Of a stretch of DNA of 53,545 nucleotides, positions 33,012 to 40,834 are shown piece by piece. Source of the DNA: an uncultured Planctomycetaceae bacterium (GTDB taxonomy: Bacteria > Planctomycetota > Planctomycetia > Planctomycetales > Planctomycetaceae); assembly GCA_964400945.1 (NCBI GenBank), contig CAYNWT010000001.1:1-53545 (forward strand), written 5' to 3'. The notes under the pieces are model-generated. The model was not told the DNA's origin and did not search any database. It saw only the letters and a list, made by a program, of their open reading frames with translations. The translations under genes were made by a program, and so were the position numbers. Position 1 is the first letter of the stretch. The number at the start of each line of letters is the position of its first letter.

Positions 33012-33041
33012 TTGAGGGCAGGCTGTTTTGGCCGATATACT
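33012..33041 (+). promoter_or_regulatory. weak candidate promoter for rpmJ-rpsM-rpsK-rpoA-rplQ
   Basis: TTGAGG, an 18-nt spacer, then TATACT. The same TATACTCC -10 context is seen at the tRNA promoter. The -35 match is poor. Confidence 0.25.
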
Positions 33042-33119
33042 CCCTCGTTTCCGCGCTGAGTCTGCGGGAGACTCCGTGAACCCCTTAGCAAGTGCTCTGG
33101 TTCACACCAGGAGATTGTC

Positions 33120-33236
33120 ATGAAAGTCAGATCCAGCGTGAAGCGAATCTGCGAGCGATGCAAGATCGTGCGTCGCCGTGGAAAGATCTTCGTCATTTGC
33201 CCGGCGAATCCGCGACACAAGCAAAGGCAGGGCTAG
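33120..33236 (+). CDS. rpmJ: 50S ribosomal protein L36
   Basis: Not in the ORF track (38 aa). Hand translation gives [38 protein letters not shown], with a GGAG 8 nt upstream. Confidence 0.9.
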   Translation: MKVRSSVKRICERCKIVRRRGKIFVICPANPRHKQRQG

Positions 33237-33240
33237 ATCA

Positions 33241-33627
33241 ATGCCGCGTATTTTTGGTGTCGACACACCCAACAACAAACCAACGTACATCTCGCTGACT
33301 TACCTGTACGGGATTGGTCGCACGACCTCGATCAAGATCTGCTACGACCTTGGTCTCAATCCGCAGATGAAAGCCAGCGAACTGTCGGAGGACGACGTTG
33401 CACGCATCACAAAGCACATTGAAAACGAGTATCTCGTTGAAGGTGCAAAGCGTCGTGACGTGCAAGCAAACATCACCCGGCTTCGCGACATTGCCAGCTA
33501 TCGTGGCATTCGTCACCGACGTGGTCTTCCCGTTCGCGGACAGCGAACCCGTACCAATGCGCGAACTCGCAAGGGTGCGAAGAAGACAGTAGCCGGTAAG
33601 AAGGGCGTCAAGGACATGAAGCACTAA
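33241..33627 (+). CDS. rpsM: 30S ribosomal protein S13
   Basis: ORF 33178..33627, start moved to the ATG at 33241 (MPRIFGVDTPNNKPTYISLTYLYGIGRTT). Confidence 0.95.
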   Translation: MPRIFGVDTPNNKPTYISLTYLYGIGRTTSIKICYDLGLNPQMKASELSEDDVARITKHIENEYLVEGAKRRDVQANITRLRDIASYRGIRHRRGLPVRGQRTRTNARTRKGAKKTVAGKKGVKDMKH

Positions 33628-33687
33628 AATGTGCTCTCCCCGCGGCAAAGAACTCCGCGGTTCTCAGCAAGAGTTAAGGTCTGACAA

Positions 33688-34068
33688 GTGGCAAAATCCA
33701 AGAAGAGAAAAGTCCGTCGTAACGTCACGCGTGGCGTCGCCTACATTAAGGCGACGTTCAACAACACGATCGTCACGATGACTGACACCAACGGCGATGT
33801 GCTCTGTTGGGCAACCGCGGGTACTGTTGGCTTCAAGGGAAGTCGTAAGAGCACTCCGTTTGCCGCACAGCGAGCCGCCGAAACTGTGGCCGAACGGGCT
33901 GCCAAGTTCGGTGTCAAAGAAATTGAAGTCAAAGTGAAGGGTCCGGGTTCGGGTCGCGAAAGTGCCATCACGGGTCTGCAGTCGTCTGGCATTACTGTCA
34001 AGACGATCGAGGACACGACCCCACTTCCGCACAACGGCTGTCGTCCGCCAAAGAAGCGACGCGTTTGA
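33688..34068 (+). CDS. rpsK: 30S ribosomal protein S11
   Basis: 126 aa with a GTG start. [11 protein letters not shown] and [13 protein letters not shown] are present. Confidence 0.96.
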   Translation: MAKSKKRKVRRNVTRGVAYIKATFNNTIVTMTDTNGDVLCWATAGTVGFKGSRKSTPFAAQRAAETVAERAAKFGVKEIEVKVKGPGSGRESAITGLQSSGITVKTIEDTTPLPHNGCRPPKKRRV

Positions 34069-34124
34069 TTTTGGTTGGCTGACTTTCTCACCAACCCGCT
34101 CTAGGGAATCGGAGAACAAACAAG

Positions 34125-35135
34125 ATGCGTATTCGTTGGCGTGGACTCGAACTTCCAAGTCGTGTTGTTCCAGAACGTGAATCATTCTCGGAAACTTACG
34201 GCAAGTTCACAGCGGAACCATTTGAACGCGGCTTCGGAGCCACCATCGGCAACAGCCTGCGTCGTATTCTGTTGTCGAGCCTCGAAGGCGCGGCAATCAC
34301 CCGCGCGAAGATCCTTGGCGTTCAGCATGAATTCACAACGATTCCCGGCGTCGTAGAAGACGTCACGGACATCTGCCTGAACATCAAGTCGCTGGTTGTG
34401 AAGAACCACAGCGCGTCCGCCAAGACTCTGCGAATCGAGAAGAACGAGCGTGGTGTTGTCACAGGCGCTGACGTCATCTGCGACGATCAGGTTGAGGTCT
34501 ACAACAAGGACCTTGTCATCGCCACGATGACTGACGACGTGCCGCTCAACATCGAGCTGAATGTCGAGAACGGTCGCGGTTACGTTCCGGCGGGCGAGCA
34601 CTACGAAGCCGACCCGGAAGTGGGCGTGATCCCGTTGGACGCTGCTTACTCACCCGTGATTCGAGTTCGATATCACATCGAAGACACTCGTGTTGGTCAG
34701 CGAACCAACTACGACAAACTCATTATGGAGATCTGGACCAACGGTACGGTCACGCCGGACATGGCTTTGGTGGAAGCATCGAAGATCATGCGTAAGCACC
34801 TGAACTGCTTCATGAACTACCGTGAGCCTGGCCCGGAACTACCACCGGAAGGCGGCTTGAAGGGCATGATGGAAGCGACTGGTTACGCTCCCGTCGATCT
34901 CGAAATGGAAGAGAAGCTCAACAAGCCTCTCGCTGAACTCAACCTCTCAGTCCGCGCGACGAACTGCCTTGAATCTGAAGGCATCAACACCGTCCGCGAC
35001 CTGGTCTCTCGTAACGAAGACGAACTGCTTCAGGTTCGAAACTTCGGCGAGACAACGCTGCAGGAAGTTCGTGAGCAACTGCAGCTCATCGACCTCCGAC
35101 TGGGAATGAAGATCAACTCGCAGCCGAACATCTAG
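34125..35135 (+). CDS. rpoA: DNA-directed RNA polymerase subunit alpha
   Basis: 336 aa, with [11 protein letters not shown] and the C-terminal domain [23 protein letters not shown]. Confidence 0.97.
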   Translation: MRIRWRGLELPSRVVPERESFSETYGKFTAEPFERGFGATIGNSLRRILLSSLEGAAITRAKILGVQHEFTTIPGVVEDVTDICLNIKSLVVKNHSASAKTLRIEKNERGVVTGADVICDDQVEVYNKDLVIATMTDDVPLNIELNVENGRGYVPAGEHYEADPEVGVIPLDAAYSPVIRVRYHIEDTRVGQRTNYDKLIMEIWTNGTVTPDMALVEASKIMRKHLNCFMNYREPGPELPPEGGLKGMMEATGYAPVDLEMEEKLNKPLAELNLSVRATNCLESEGINTVRDLVSRNEDELLQVRNFGETTLQEVREQLQLIDLRLGMKINSQPNI

Positions 35136-35174
35136 CACAGAGTCGCTCGCTTCGGCGAATGAGGAAACAGACCA

Positions 35175-35882
35175 ATGAGACACCGAGTCCGAGGCCGAAA
35201 GCTCGGCCGCAATTCATCACACCGAAAGGCTATGTTCCGCAACATGGCCGTGAGCCTGATTCGTTCGGTGGCAGTCGATGAGGACGCACCGAACCAACCA
35301 AAGGTTCCAGGGCGTGTTGTCACTACACTGCCAAAAGCAAAAGAACTCCGTCCGTTCGTTGAAAAGCTGGTAACGCTTGGACGCAAGGGTGCGGCGATTC
35401 AACAGGACGCCAGTCAGTTCGCCTCGGGTGCCGAAAAGAACTCAGCTGAATGGAAGAAGTGGCGAGACTCTGATCAGTGGCGTCAGTGGAACCAGGCGAT
35501 GGCTCCTGCGATCGCGTGCCGCCGCAAAGCCTTTGCTCTTCTACGTGATCACCAGGCTGTTCAGATTCTGTTCGACGAACTGGCTGAGCGATTCGCGGAT
35601 CGACCAGGTGGTTACACTCGCGTTGTGCGGTTGGCTCAGGTTCGCCTCGGAGATGCCGGCCAACAGGCCTTCATCGAGTTCGTCGGCGAACGTGATCGGG
35701 TGAAGAGCAAGAAGCGTCAACGACCGACCGTCGAGGACGATGCACCCGCATCAAAGCAGGAAGACGAACCAAAAGCAGAGCAGACCGACGAAAAGCCGGC
35801 TGATGAAGAAAAGCCCGCTGACGAAGCTCCGGCTAAGGAAGACGCTGCTGAGGAGAAGGCAGACGAGAAAGCCGAAGAATAA
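35175..35882 (+). CDS. rplQ: 50S ribosomal protein L17 (unusually long, with an internal insert and an acidic Lys/Glu/Pro/Ala tail)
   Basis: [28 protein letters not shown] and [11 protein letters not shown] are present. It is 235 aa, against my recollection of ~120-130 aa for typical L17. Confidence 0.93.
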   Translation: MRHRVRGRKLGRNSSHRKAMFRNMAVSLIRSVAVDEDAPNQPKVPGRVVTTLPKAKELRPFVEKLVTLGRKGAAIQQDASQFASGAEKNSAEWKKWRDSDQWRQWNQAMAPAIACRRKAFALLRDHQAVQILFDELAERFADRPGGYTRVVRLAQVRLGDAGQQAFIEFVGERDRVKSKKRQRPTVEDDAPASKQEDEPKAEQTDEKPADEEKPADEAPAKEDAAEEKADEKAEE

Positions 35883-35955
35883 AGCTGGTCTGGTCGATCG
35901 GATCCTCGAGCGGCTAAAATCGAAACCGACCCCGGCGAGAAGGGAATCTCGAGCC

Positions 35956-36546
35956 GTGACCGGATCTCAAGGACTTTTCGATTTCTCAGCAGCGATGCGC
36001 GAACTGTGCATCGACATCACGCAGCGCCACAAAGAATTCCGTCACATTGACATGATCGATGTGGCGGTTGCTTTTGCGCAGGCCCGACGGAACGTGAGCT
36101 ATGGGCTCCAGGCCAAGCTGACACCAATGCGGTTCGAGCACGGAGCAGAAACAGAGATTCGCGACGGCAAAGAATGGATGGTGCAAAAGCTGATCGTGGA
36201 TGAACGCGAGATGCTTTACATCCTGACGTTCTATCTGCCCCGTTTTCTGAACCTCGACTTCGACGAGAAGCTCACCACCATCTTTCACGAGCTGTATCAC
36301 ATCAGCCCGAAGTTCGACGGTGACATACGCCGATTCGGCGGCCATTTCTACGTGCACTCGCACAGTCAGAAGGAATACGACGCTCAGATGGCAGTCTTCG
36401 CCCGCGAGTATCTGAACGCCAAACCGCCCGGACACCTGCTGACATTTCTACGCCACAGCTTCAAATCGTTGCAGGAAGAACACGGTGGGGTTGTCGGCTT
36501 GCAGATCCCTATACCGCGTCTGATTCCGAAGCGGAAATCCGCGTAG
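35956..36546 (+). CDS. HExxH-motif putative zinc metallopeptidase (start uncertain: GTG 35956 or ATG 35995)
   Basis: The 5' part of ORF 35740..36546 overlaps the rplQ tail in another frame and was discarded. The motif TTIFHELYHISPKFDGDIRRFGGH is present. I have no confident family name. Confidence 0.6.
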   Translation: MTGSQGLFDFSAAMRELCIDITQRHKEFRHIDMIDVAVAFAQARRNVSYGLQAKLTPMRFEHGAETEIRDGKEWMVQKLIVDEREMLYILTFYLPRFLNLDFDEKLTTIFHELYHISPKFDGDIRRFGGHFYVHSHSQKEYDAQMAVFAREYLNAKPPGHLLTFLRHSFKSLQEEHGGVVGLQIPIPRLIPKRKSA

Positions 36547-36594
36547 GCCCACGCGGTCATCGAGCTGGCTCGCGTGGCCACACGCCGGCGGTTC

Positions 36595-37224
36595 CTACGC
36601 GATGCCAACCCCAAACGCGTCACCTTCTTCAAGGTGCGAAGCCCGTAAGCTCTTCCTCGCGGGCGCTTGGTTGTGCGGACCACTGACTGGTTCTGGTTGG
36701 TCTACACGCCGCTCAAGAGTATCGGGCAGTGCTACAGCCGGCTTCTCGGCTGGGGGACTCGTTGAAGCCGGTGCCACGTCCGGCTCGTCGTAGGCTTCAG
36801 CAAACGACGATTCGCCATAGTCGTCGTAGCGGCAGATATACCCCGGCTCTCTCGCTTTAACCTGTTCCTCATTGAACGCGTCCAGGACCTTACTTTGGAT
36901 CATCTCACGGCACTCCGTGTTGATCGGGTGCGCAATGTCAGCGTATAGCTTCGCGCGGCCACTGTGATCACGAATGGCGCGTTCCTGGTTTAGTTTGCTG
37001 CCACAGTTGCTGCAGAAGCCCGCGCGGAGCTCGTTCTTGTTACCGCACTTTGAACAGCGGTCGTTCAGCTTGCGGCTGGGCATGGCGACGAACGGGCCAC
37101 GCGTGCCCTGAATGATCTTGAGGTCACGGATCACGAAGGATCCATCGATCGTGATTGAACAAAACGCCTGCAGGCGATCGTTCGGTTCTTCCATTAATTT
37201 GATGCGGACTTCGGTAATCTCCAT
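36595..37224 (-). CDS. spoVG: SpoVG-family protein with an inserted CxxC-x10-CxxC zinc ribbon and a ~100 aa C-terminal extension
   Basis: MEITEVRIKLMEE...LQAFCSITIDGSFVIRDLKIIQG..GPFVAMPSRK...DIAHPIN aligns with the canonical SpoVG core. It lies just downstream of ispE on the minus strand. Confidence 0.8.
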   Translation of the reverse strand: MEITEVRIKLMEEPNDRLQAFCSITIDGSFVIRDLKIIQGTRGPFVAMPSRKLNDRCSKCGNKNELRAGFCSNCGSKLNQERAIRDHSGRAKLYADIAHPINTECREMIQSKVLDAFNEEQVKAREPGYICRYDDYGESSFAEAYDEPDVAPASTSPPAEKPAVALPDTLERRVDQPEPVSGPHNQAPARKSLRASHLEEGDAFGVGIA

Positions 37225-37284
37225 GTTGTGCTCCTGCTGTCCACTTTGTCTCGGTTGTTAACTCTGTTGACCCGCGTTCTCCGT

Positions 37285-38151
37285 TCACAACGTCATCGAA
37301 ACAGCCCAAGCTCTTTCAAAGCCTCGGCTCTTTAAAACACGCACATAGCGACTCGCGATCCGGCGATTTTTCGTAATTCCGAACCAGGCAGCGCCGCTTC
37401 CCGTTAGTTCATTCGGTATTTGCAGCCGGCAAAACTCTTCACTCAGAGCCGTTATCGGAGGACAAAGCCTGCTAGCCGATTCCGCCAGCCTGTTATGAAG
37501 AGACGGATTGCCCGACACGAACCCATCAACGAAATCACCAATGTCGTGTAAGGCACCAAAGTCGCACTCACGGAATACCGCCCCCGTGCTCAGCCCTGCT
37601 TTCGGCGGCATCGCCACAACGAAGCTCAGCCGATGCCCGGAGACGGGTTCAACCAGTTCACCGCGTCCCCGGCAGATCGCCGCCGAGGTCTGGGCAATGA
37701 AGAAGTTCAGATCGCTCCCAAGTTCCGCGGCCATTTGGTGAAGTTCGCGCCGCGAACAACCCAAGTTCCACAATCTGTTTAGACCAAGCAGAGTCGCAGC
37801 TGCATCGCTGGAACCACCGCCCATACCGGCCTCGGACGGGATCCGTTTCACGAGTTCAATGGAGGCTGACTTATCCGTCCCAGAGCGTTCGCGGAGCAAT
37901 TTCGCCGCTTTGAGAACCAAGTTCTCGGGCCCATCCGGGATGGCTTGGCCAAGCAACGGTCTGACGCAGAGACTTAACGGTTCCCCAGGAGCAAGCGGAC
38001 GAAACCGTAGCGTGTCGTACAGGTCGACGGAAACCATACACGTTTCGAGTTCGTGGTAGCCGTCTTCTCGCCTGCCGATAACCTCAAGGTACAGGTTCAG
38101 CTTTGCCGGTGTGTGCACCAGCAGCTGATGTGAATTCTGCCGGAAGAGCAT
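37285..38151 (-). CDS. ispE: 4-(cytidine 5'-diphospho)-2-C-methyl-D-erythritol kinase
   Basis: 288 aa, with PAKLNLYLEV.GRR.DGYHELET and the GHMP kinase loop IPSEAGMGGGSSDAAATL. Confidence 0.9.
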   Translation of the reverse strand: MLFRQNSHQLLVHTPAKLNLYLEVIGRREDGYHELETCMVSVDLYDTLRFRPLAPGEPLSLCVRPLLGQAIPDGPENLVLKAAKLLRERSGTDKSASIELVKRIPSEAGMGGGSSDAAATLLGLNRLWNLGCSRRELHQMAAELGSDLNFFIAQTSAAICRGRGELVEPVSGHRLSFVVAMPPKAGLSTGAVFRECDFGALHDIGDFVDGFVSGNPSLHNRLAESASRLCPPITALSEEFCRLQIPNELTGSGAAWFGITKNRRIASRYVRVLKSRGFERAWAVSMTL

Positions 38152-38552
38152 TCGATTTATCCGATTCGCTGAGCAGAGTGGTCAAAGCAAGCTGGTTGCG
38201 AATCGCAGCACCGAACCTATCGTGAGTGCGGTGCGTGTCGCTGAGGATGCTATTTGGGACCCAAAAGTCGGTCAAGATCGCTTTTGTGTCAGAGCGGCCA
38301 AGACCCCCAAATGAACCGTGTTTCATAGCGTTTTCGTGACCAGGCCGGTGCTCGTTGTTCGCCGTGATGGCAGCGTTAGAATGTCGAGTCAGACGAGGTG
38401 CCGCTTAGCCCGGTATGTCAACGTGTTCGGACGCAGAGATCGCTGCTCAAATCCCGGGTACGGCACTCCGCGCCAACAGATTCCCTGGTTTCACCGTCTT
38501 AACATTTGCGGCGCAAGCAATCGCACATCACGTCAATTTGGGTGAGGGTCTC

Positions 38553-39881
38553 ATGAAGCTGCCAGTCATTGAACGCGTCATCAACTTGCTTGATGAGAAC
38601 GACAACACGTTCCTGAATACGACTTACGAACAGGCTGAGGTCTGCGTGCGTGAGGGTGATGTCGATGGCGTCCGCGCGATTGATGGCCAGTTCGCAATTC
38701 TGGCAAAGAACCAACACATCGTGCGGATGGCTCGCTCGATCGGTCGTCCGATGCGGTACTTCCTCGCGAAGCAGAAGGCTGGCCCGTGTTTGGTTGTCGC
38801 CGAACGCATGGACGAGATCCTTGAGTTCCTGAAGTCCGAAGGCATAGACGATCAGTTTCATCCGTCGTACACGCGGATGGTGCCGGCACATTTCATTGTT
38901 GAACTCGCGCTCGTGGGATGTCCTGATCCCAACCCCACGAACACTCGCTTCTTCGCGCCGCAACAGAACCAACTCAGCACGGACCTGGACGAGATCGGCG
39001 CGGCCTACATCGGTGCGGCTGCGAAAGAGATCGACTCGTGGCTGAACTCGATTCCGGACGATGCGCCGATTGGTGTCCTGTTTTCCGGCGGCATCGATAG
39101 TGGAGCCGTGTTCCTGCTGATTCACGACCTGCTACTCAAACGTGGACAGGCTCCGCAGCGGCTGAAGGCGTTTACGCTGTCGGTCGACGGCAATGGGCAA
39201 GACGCGGCGCAAGCGGAACAGTTCCTCGGTGAACTGGACATGAACATGTTCCTCGAAGTCATCGAGGTTCCAAAGTCGGCCGTCGATTACCGCGAAGCAG
39301 TTCGCATTATCGAAGACTACAAACCGCTGGATGTTCAATCGGCGACGATGGCCGTGGCCTTGTGCAAGGGAATTCGCGAACGCTATCCCGACTGGAAGTA
39401 TGTGCTGGACGGCGATGGTGGCGACGAGAACCTCAAGGACTATCCGATTGAGGACAATCCAGAACTCACCATTCGCAGCGTGCTGAACAATATCATGTTG
39501 TATCACGAAGGCTGGGGCGTGGACGCGGTAAAGCACTCGCTGACTTACTCGGGCGGACAAAGTCGTGGCCACGTTCGCACGTCGGCGACCGGCAAAGCAT
39601 TCGGGTTCTCGGGCTTCAGTCCGTTCGCGGTACCGAACGTGATTGAAGTTTCCGAAGGCATTCCATTCATCGAACTGACGGACTGGGACCACGAAAAGCT
39701 GTACGCGCTGAAGGGCGAGGTATGTCGTCGCGGTGTCGAAGCCATCACAGGCAAGACGATGCCGGTATTCGAGAAGCGACGGTTCCAGCATGGAGCCGGC
39801 AACGAGAGTGCGGCGAGCGACTTATTCCCTGCCGATCCGCAGGCCTATCGCGATGCGTTCGCGGAAATGTTCTCCGAGTAG
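38553..39881 (+). CDS. asparagine synthase/beta-lactam synthetase-like PP-loop adenylating enzyme lacking the N-terminal Cys nucleophile
   Basis: ORF 38415..39881, with the ATG at 38553 preferred (GAGGG 6 nt upstream; MKLPVIERV...). The PP-loop SGGIDS is at 39084-39101, followed by LDGDGGDENL. The N-terminal domain is Ntn-like (DGQFAIL) but has no Cys2. Confidence 0.75.
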   Translation: MKLPVIERVINLLDENDNTFLNTTYEQAEVCVREGDVDGVRAIDGQFAILAKNQHIVRMARSIGRPMRYFLAKQKAGPCLVVAERMDEILEFLKSEGIDDQFHPSYTRMVPAHFIVELALVGCPDPNPTNTRFFAPQQNQLSTDLDEIGAAYIGAAAKEIDSWLNSIPDDAPIGVLFSGGIDSGAVFLLIHDLLLKRGQAPQRLKAFTLSVDGNGQDAAQAEQFLGELDMNMFLEVIEVPKSAVDYREAVRIIEDYKPLDVQSATMAVALCKGIRERYPDWKYVLDGDGGDENLKDYPIEDNPELTIRSVLNNIMLYHEGWGVDAVKHSLTYSGGQSRGHVRTSATGKAFGFSGFSPFAVPNVIEVSEGIPFIELTDWDHEKLYALKGEVCRRGVEAITGKTMPVFEKRRFQHGAGNESAASDLFPADPQAYRDAFAEMFSE

Positions 39882-39883
39882 AC

Positions 39884-40834
39884 GTGTTCCCAACGTTCAC
39901 CGACGACGACATTCTCGAGATTCGGGGAGCGAAAAACCCGGTTCGACACGATCGAGCGTACGCATTTCACGTCGAACCCGAATGCGGTGCCAACGGCAAG
40001 GTCGAAGATGTTGCGACTTTGTTCCTGACGAACCGCGAGTGTCCGTTTCGTTGTTTGATGTGCGACCTGTGGAAGAACACGACGGACGAGCGTGTTCCTT
40101 TCGGAGCGATTCCGGATCAGATTGACCATGCGTTCCTGCAGATGCCCGAGTTGAGGCGCGCGAAGCACATCAAGCTTTACAACAGTGGGAACTTCTTCGA
40201 CGCTCAGGCGATTCCACCAGGAGACTGGGAGGCGATCGCTGAACGTGTTCGCCACTACGACACGGTGATCGTTGAGAACCATCCGAAGCTTTGCGGCGAC
40301 AAGTGCGTAAAGTTCCGCGACATACTGGGGACCCAACTGGAAATCGCGATTGGACTGGAGACGATTCACCCAGACGTCCTACCACGACTCAACAAGCAGA
40401 TGACAGCGGACGACTTCCGAAAAGCTGTTGAGTTTCTTGTCGAGAACGACATTCGCGTCCGCACTTTCGTCCTCCTGCGTCCGCCGTTCCTTTCTGAAGA
40501 AGAAGGCGTCGAGTGGGCTGTGAAGTCCATCGAGTTCGCATTTGATTGTGGGGTTTCGTGTTGCGCTGTCATTCCAACTCGCGCTGGCAATGGCATCATG
40601 GAAACACTCGCGATGAATGGGCAGTTCACACCGCCAAAGCTGGAATCGCTTGAGTACGTGCTCCGACACGGCATTGATATGGTTCGCGGGCGGGTGTTTG
40701 CTGATCTCTGGGACATCGAACAGTTCGCCGACTGCGACAAGTGTGTGGCTGAACGCAAAGAGCGGCTGAATCGGATAAACCTGACGCAGCAACTGCTGCC
40801 ACCCGTTGAATGCGACTGCGAGTCCAGTCAATGA
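39884..40834 (+). CDS. radical SAM enzyme (CPFRCLMC = Cx3Cx2C)
   Basis: ORF 39722..40834. The in-frame GTG at 39884 lies 2 nt after the upstream stop. The Cx3Cx2C motif is at 40040-40063. The motifs KLYNSGNFFD, IAIGLETIHPDVLPRLNKQMT and LLRPPFLSEEE remind me of Elp3/TIGR01210-type radical SAM proteins, but this is unverified. Confidence 0.75.
   Translation: MFPTFTDDDILEIRGAKNPVRHDRAYAFHVEPECGANGKVEDVATLFLTNRECPFRCLMCDLWKNTTDERVPFGAIPDQIDHAFLQMPELRRAKHIKLYNSGNFFDAQAIPPGDWEAIAERVRHYDTVIVENHPKLCGDKCVKFRDILGTQLEIAIGLETIHPDVLPRLNKQMTADDFRKAVEFLVENDIRVRTFVLLRPPFLSEEEGVEWAVKSIEFAFDCGVSCCAVIPTRAGNGIMETLAMNGQFTPPKLESLEYVLRHGIDMVRGRVFADLWDIEQFADCDKCVAERKERLNRINLTQQLLPPVECDCESSQ

Noticed and set aside
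32926-33030. Terminators after secY (9-bp hairpin TTCGCCACC/GGTGGCGAA at 32926-32953; GCCCTC/GAGGGC hairpin at 33000-33019 followed by TGTTTTG)
   Set aside because: The stems are real, but the T-tracts are short (CCTTTG, TGTTTTG) and the second hairpin overlaps the weak -35 candidate. This is too ambiguous to list as features.
35740-35955. N-terminal 72 codons of ORF 35740..36546 (very basic, [13 protein letters not shown]...)
   Set aside because: It overlaps the acidic tail of rplQ in another frame and is simply its frame-shifted reading. The HExxH gene more plausibly starts at GTG 35956 or ATG 35995.
38415-38552. 46-aa N-terminal extension of the AsnB-like protein (ATG at 38415)
   Set aside because: The extension has no resemblance to the AsnB N-terminal domain. 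The ATG at 38553 has a GAGGG ribosome-binding-like sequence 6 nt upstream. It remains an open alternative in the related finding.
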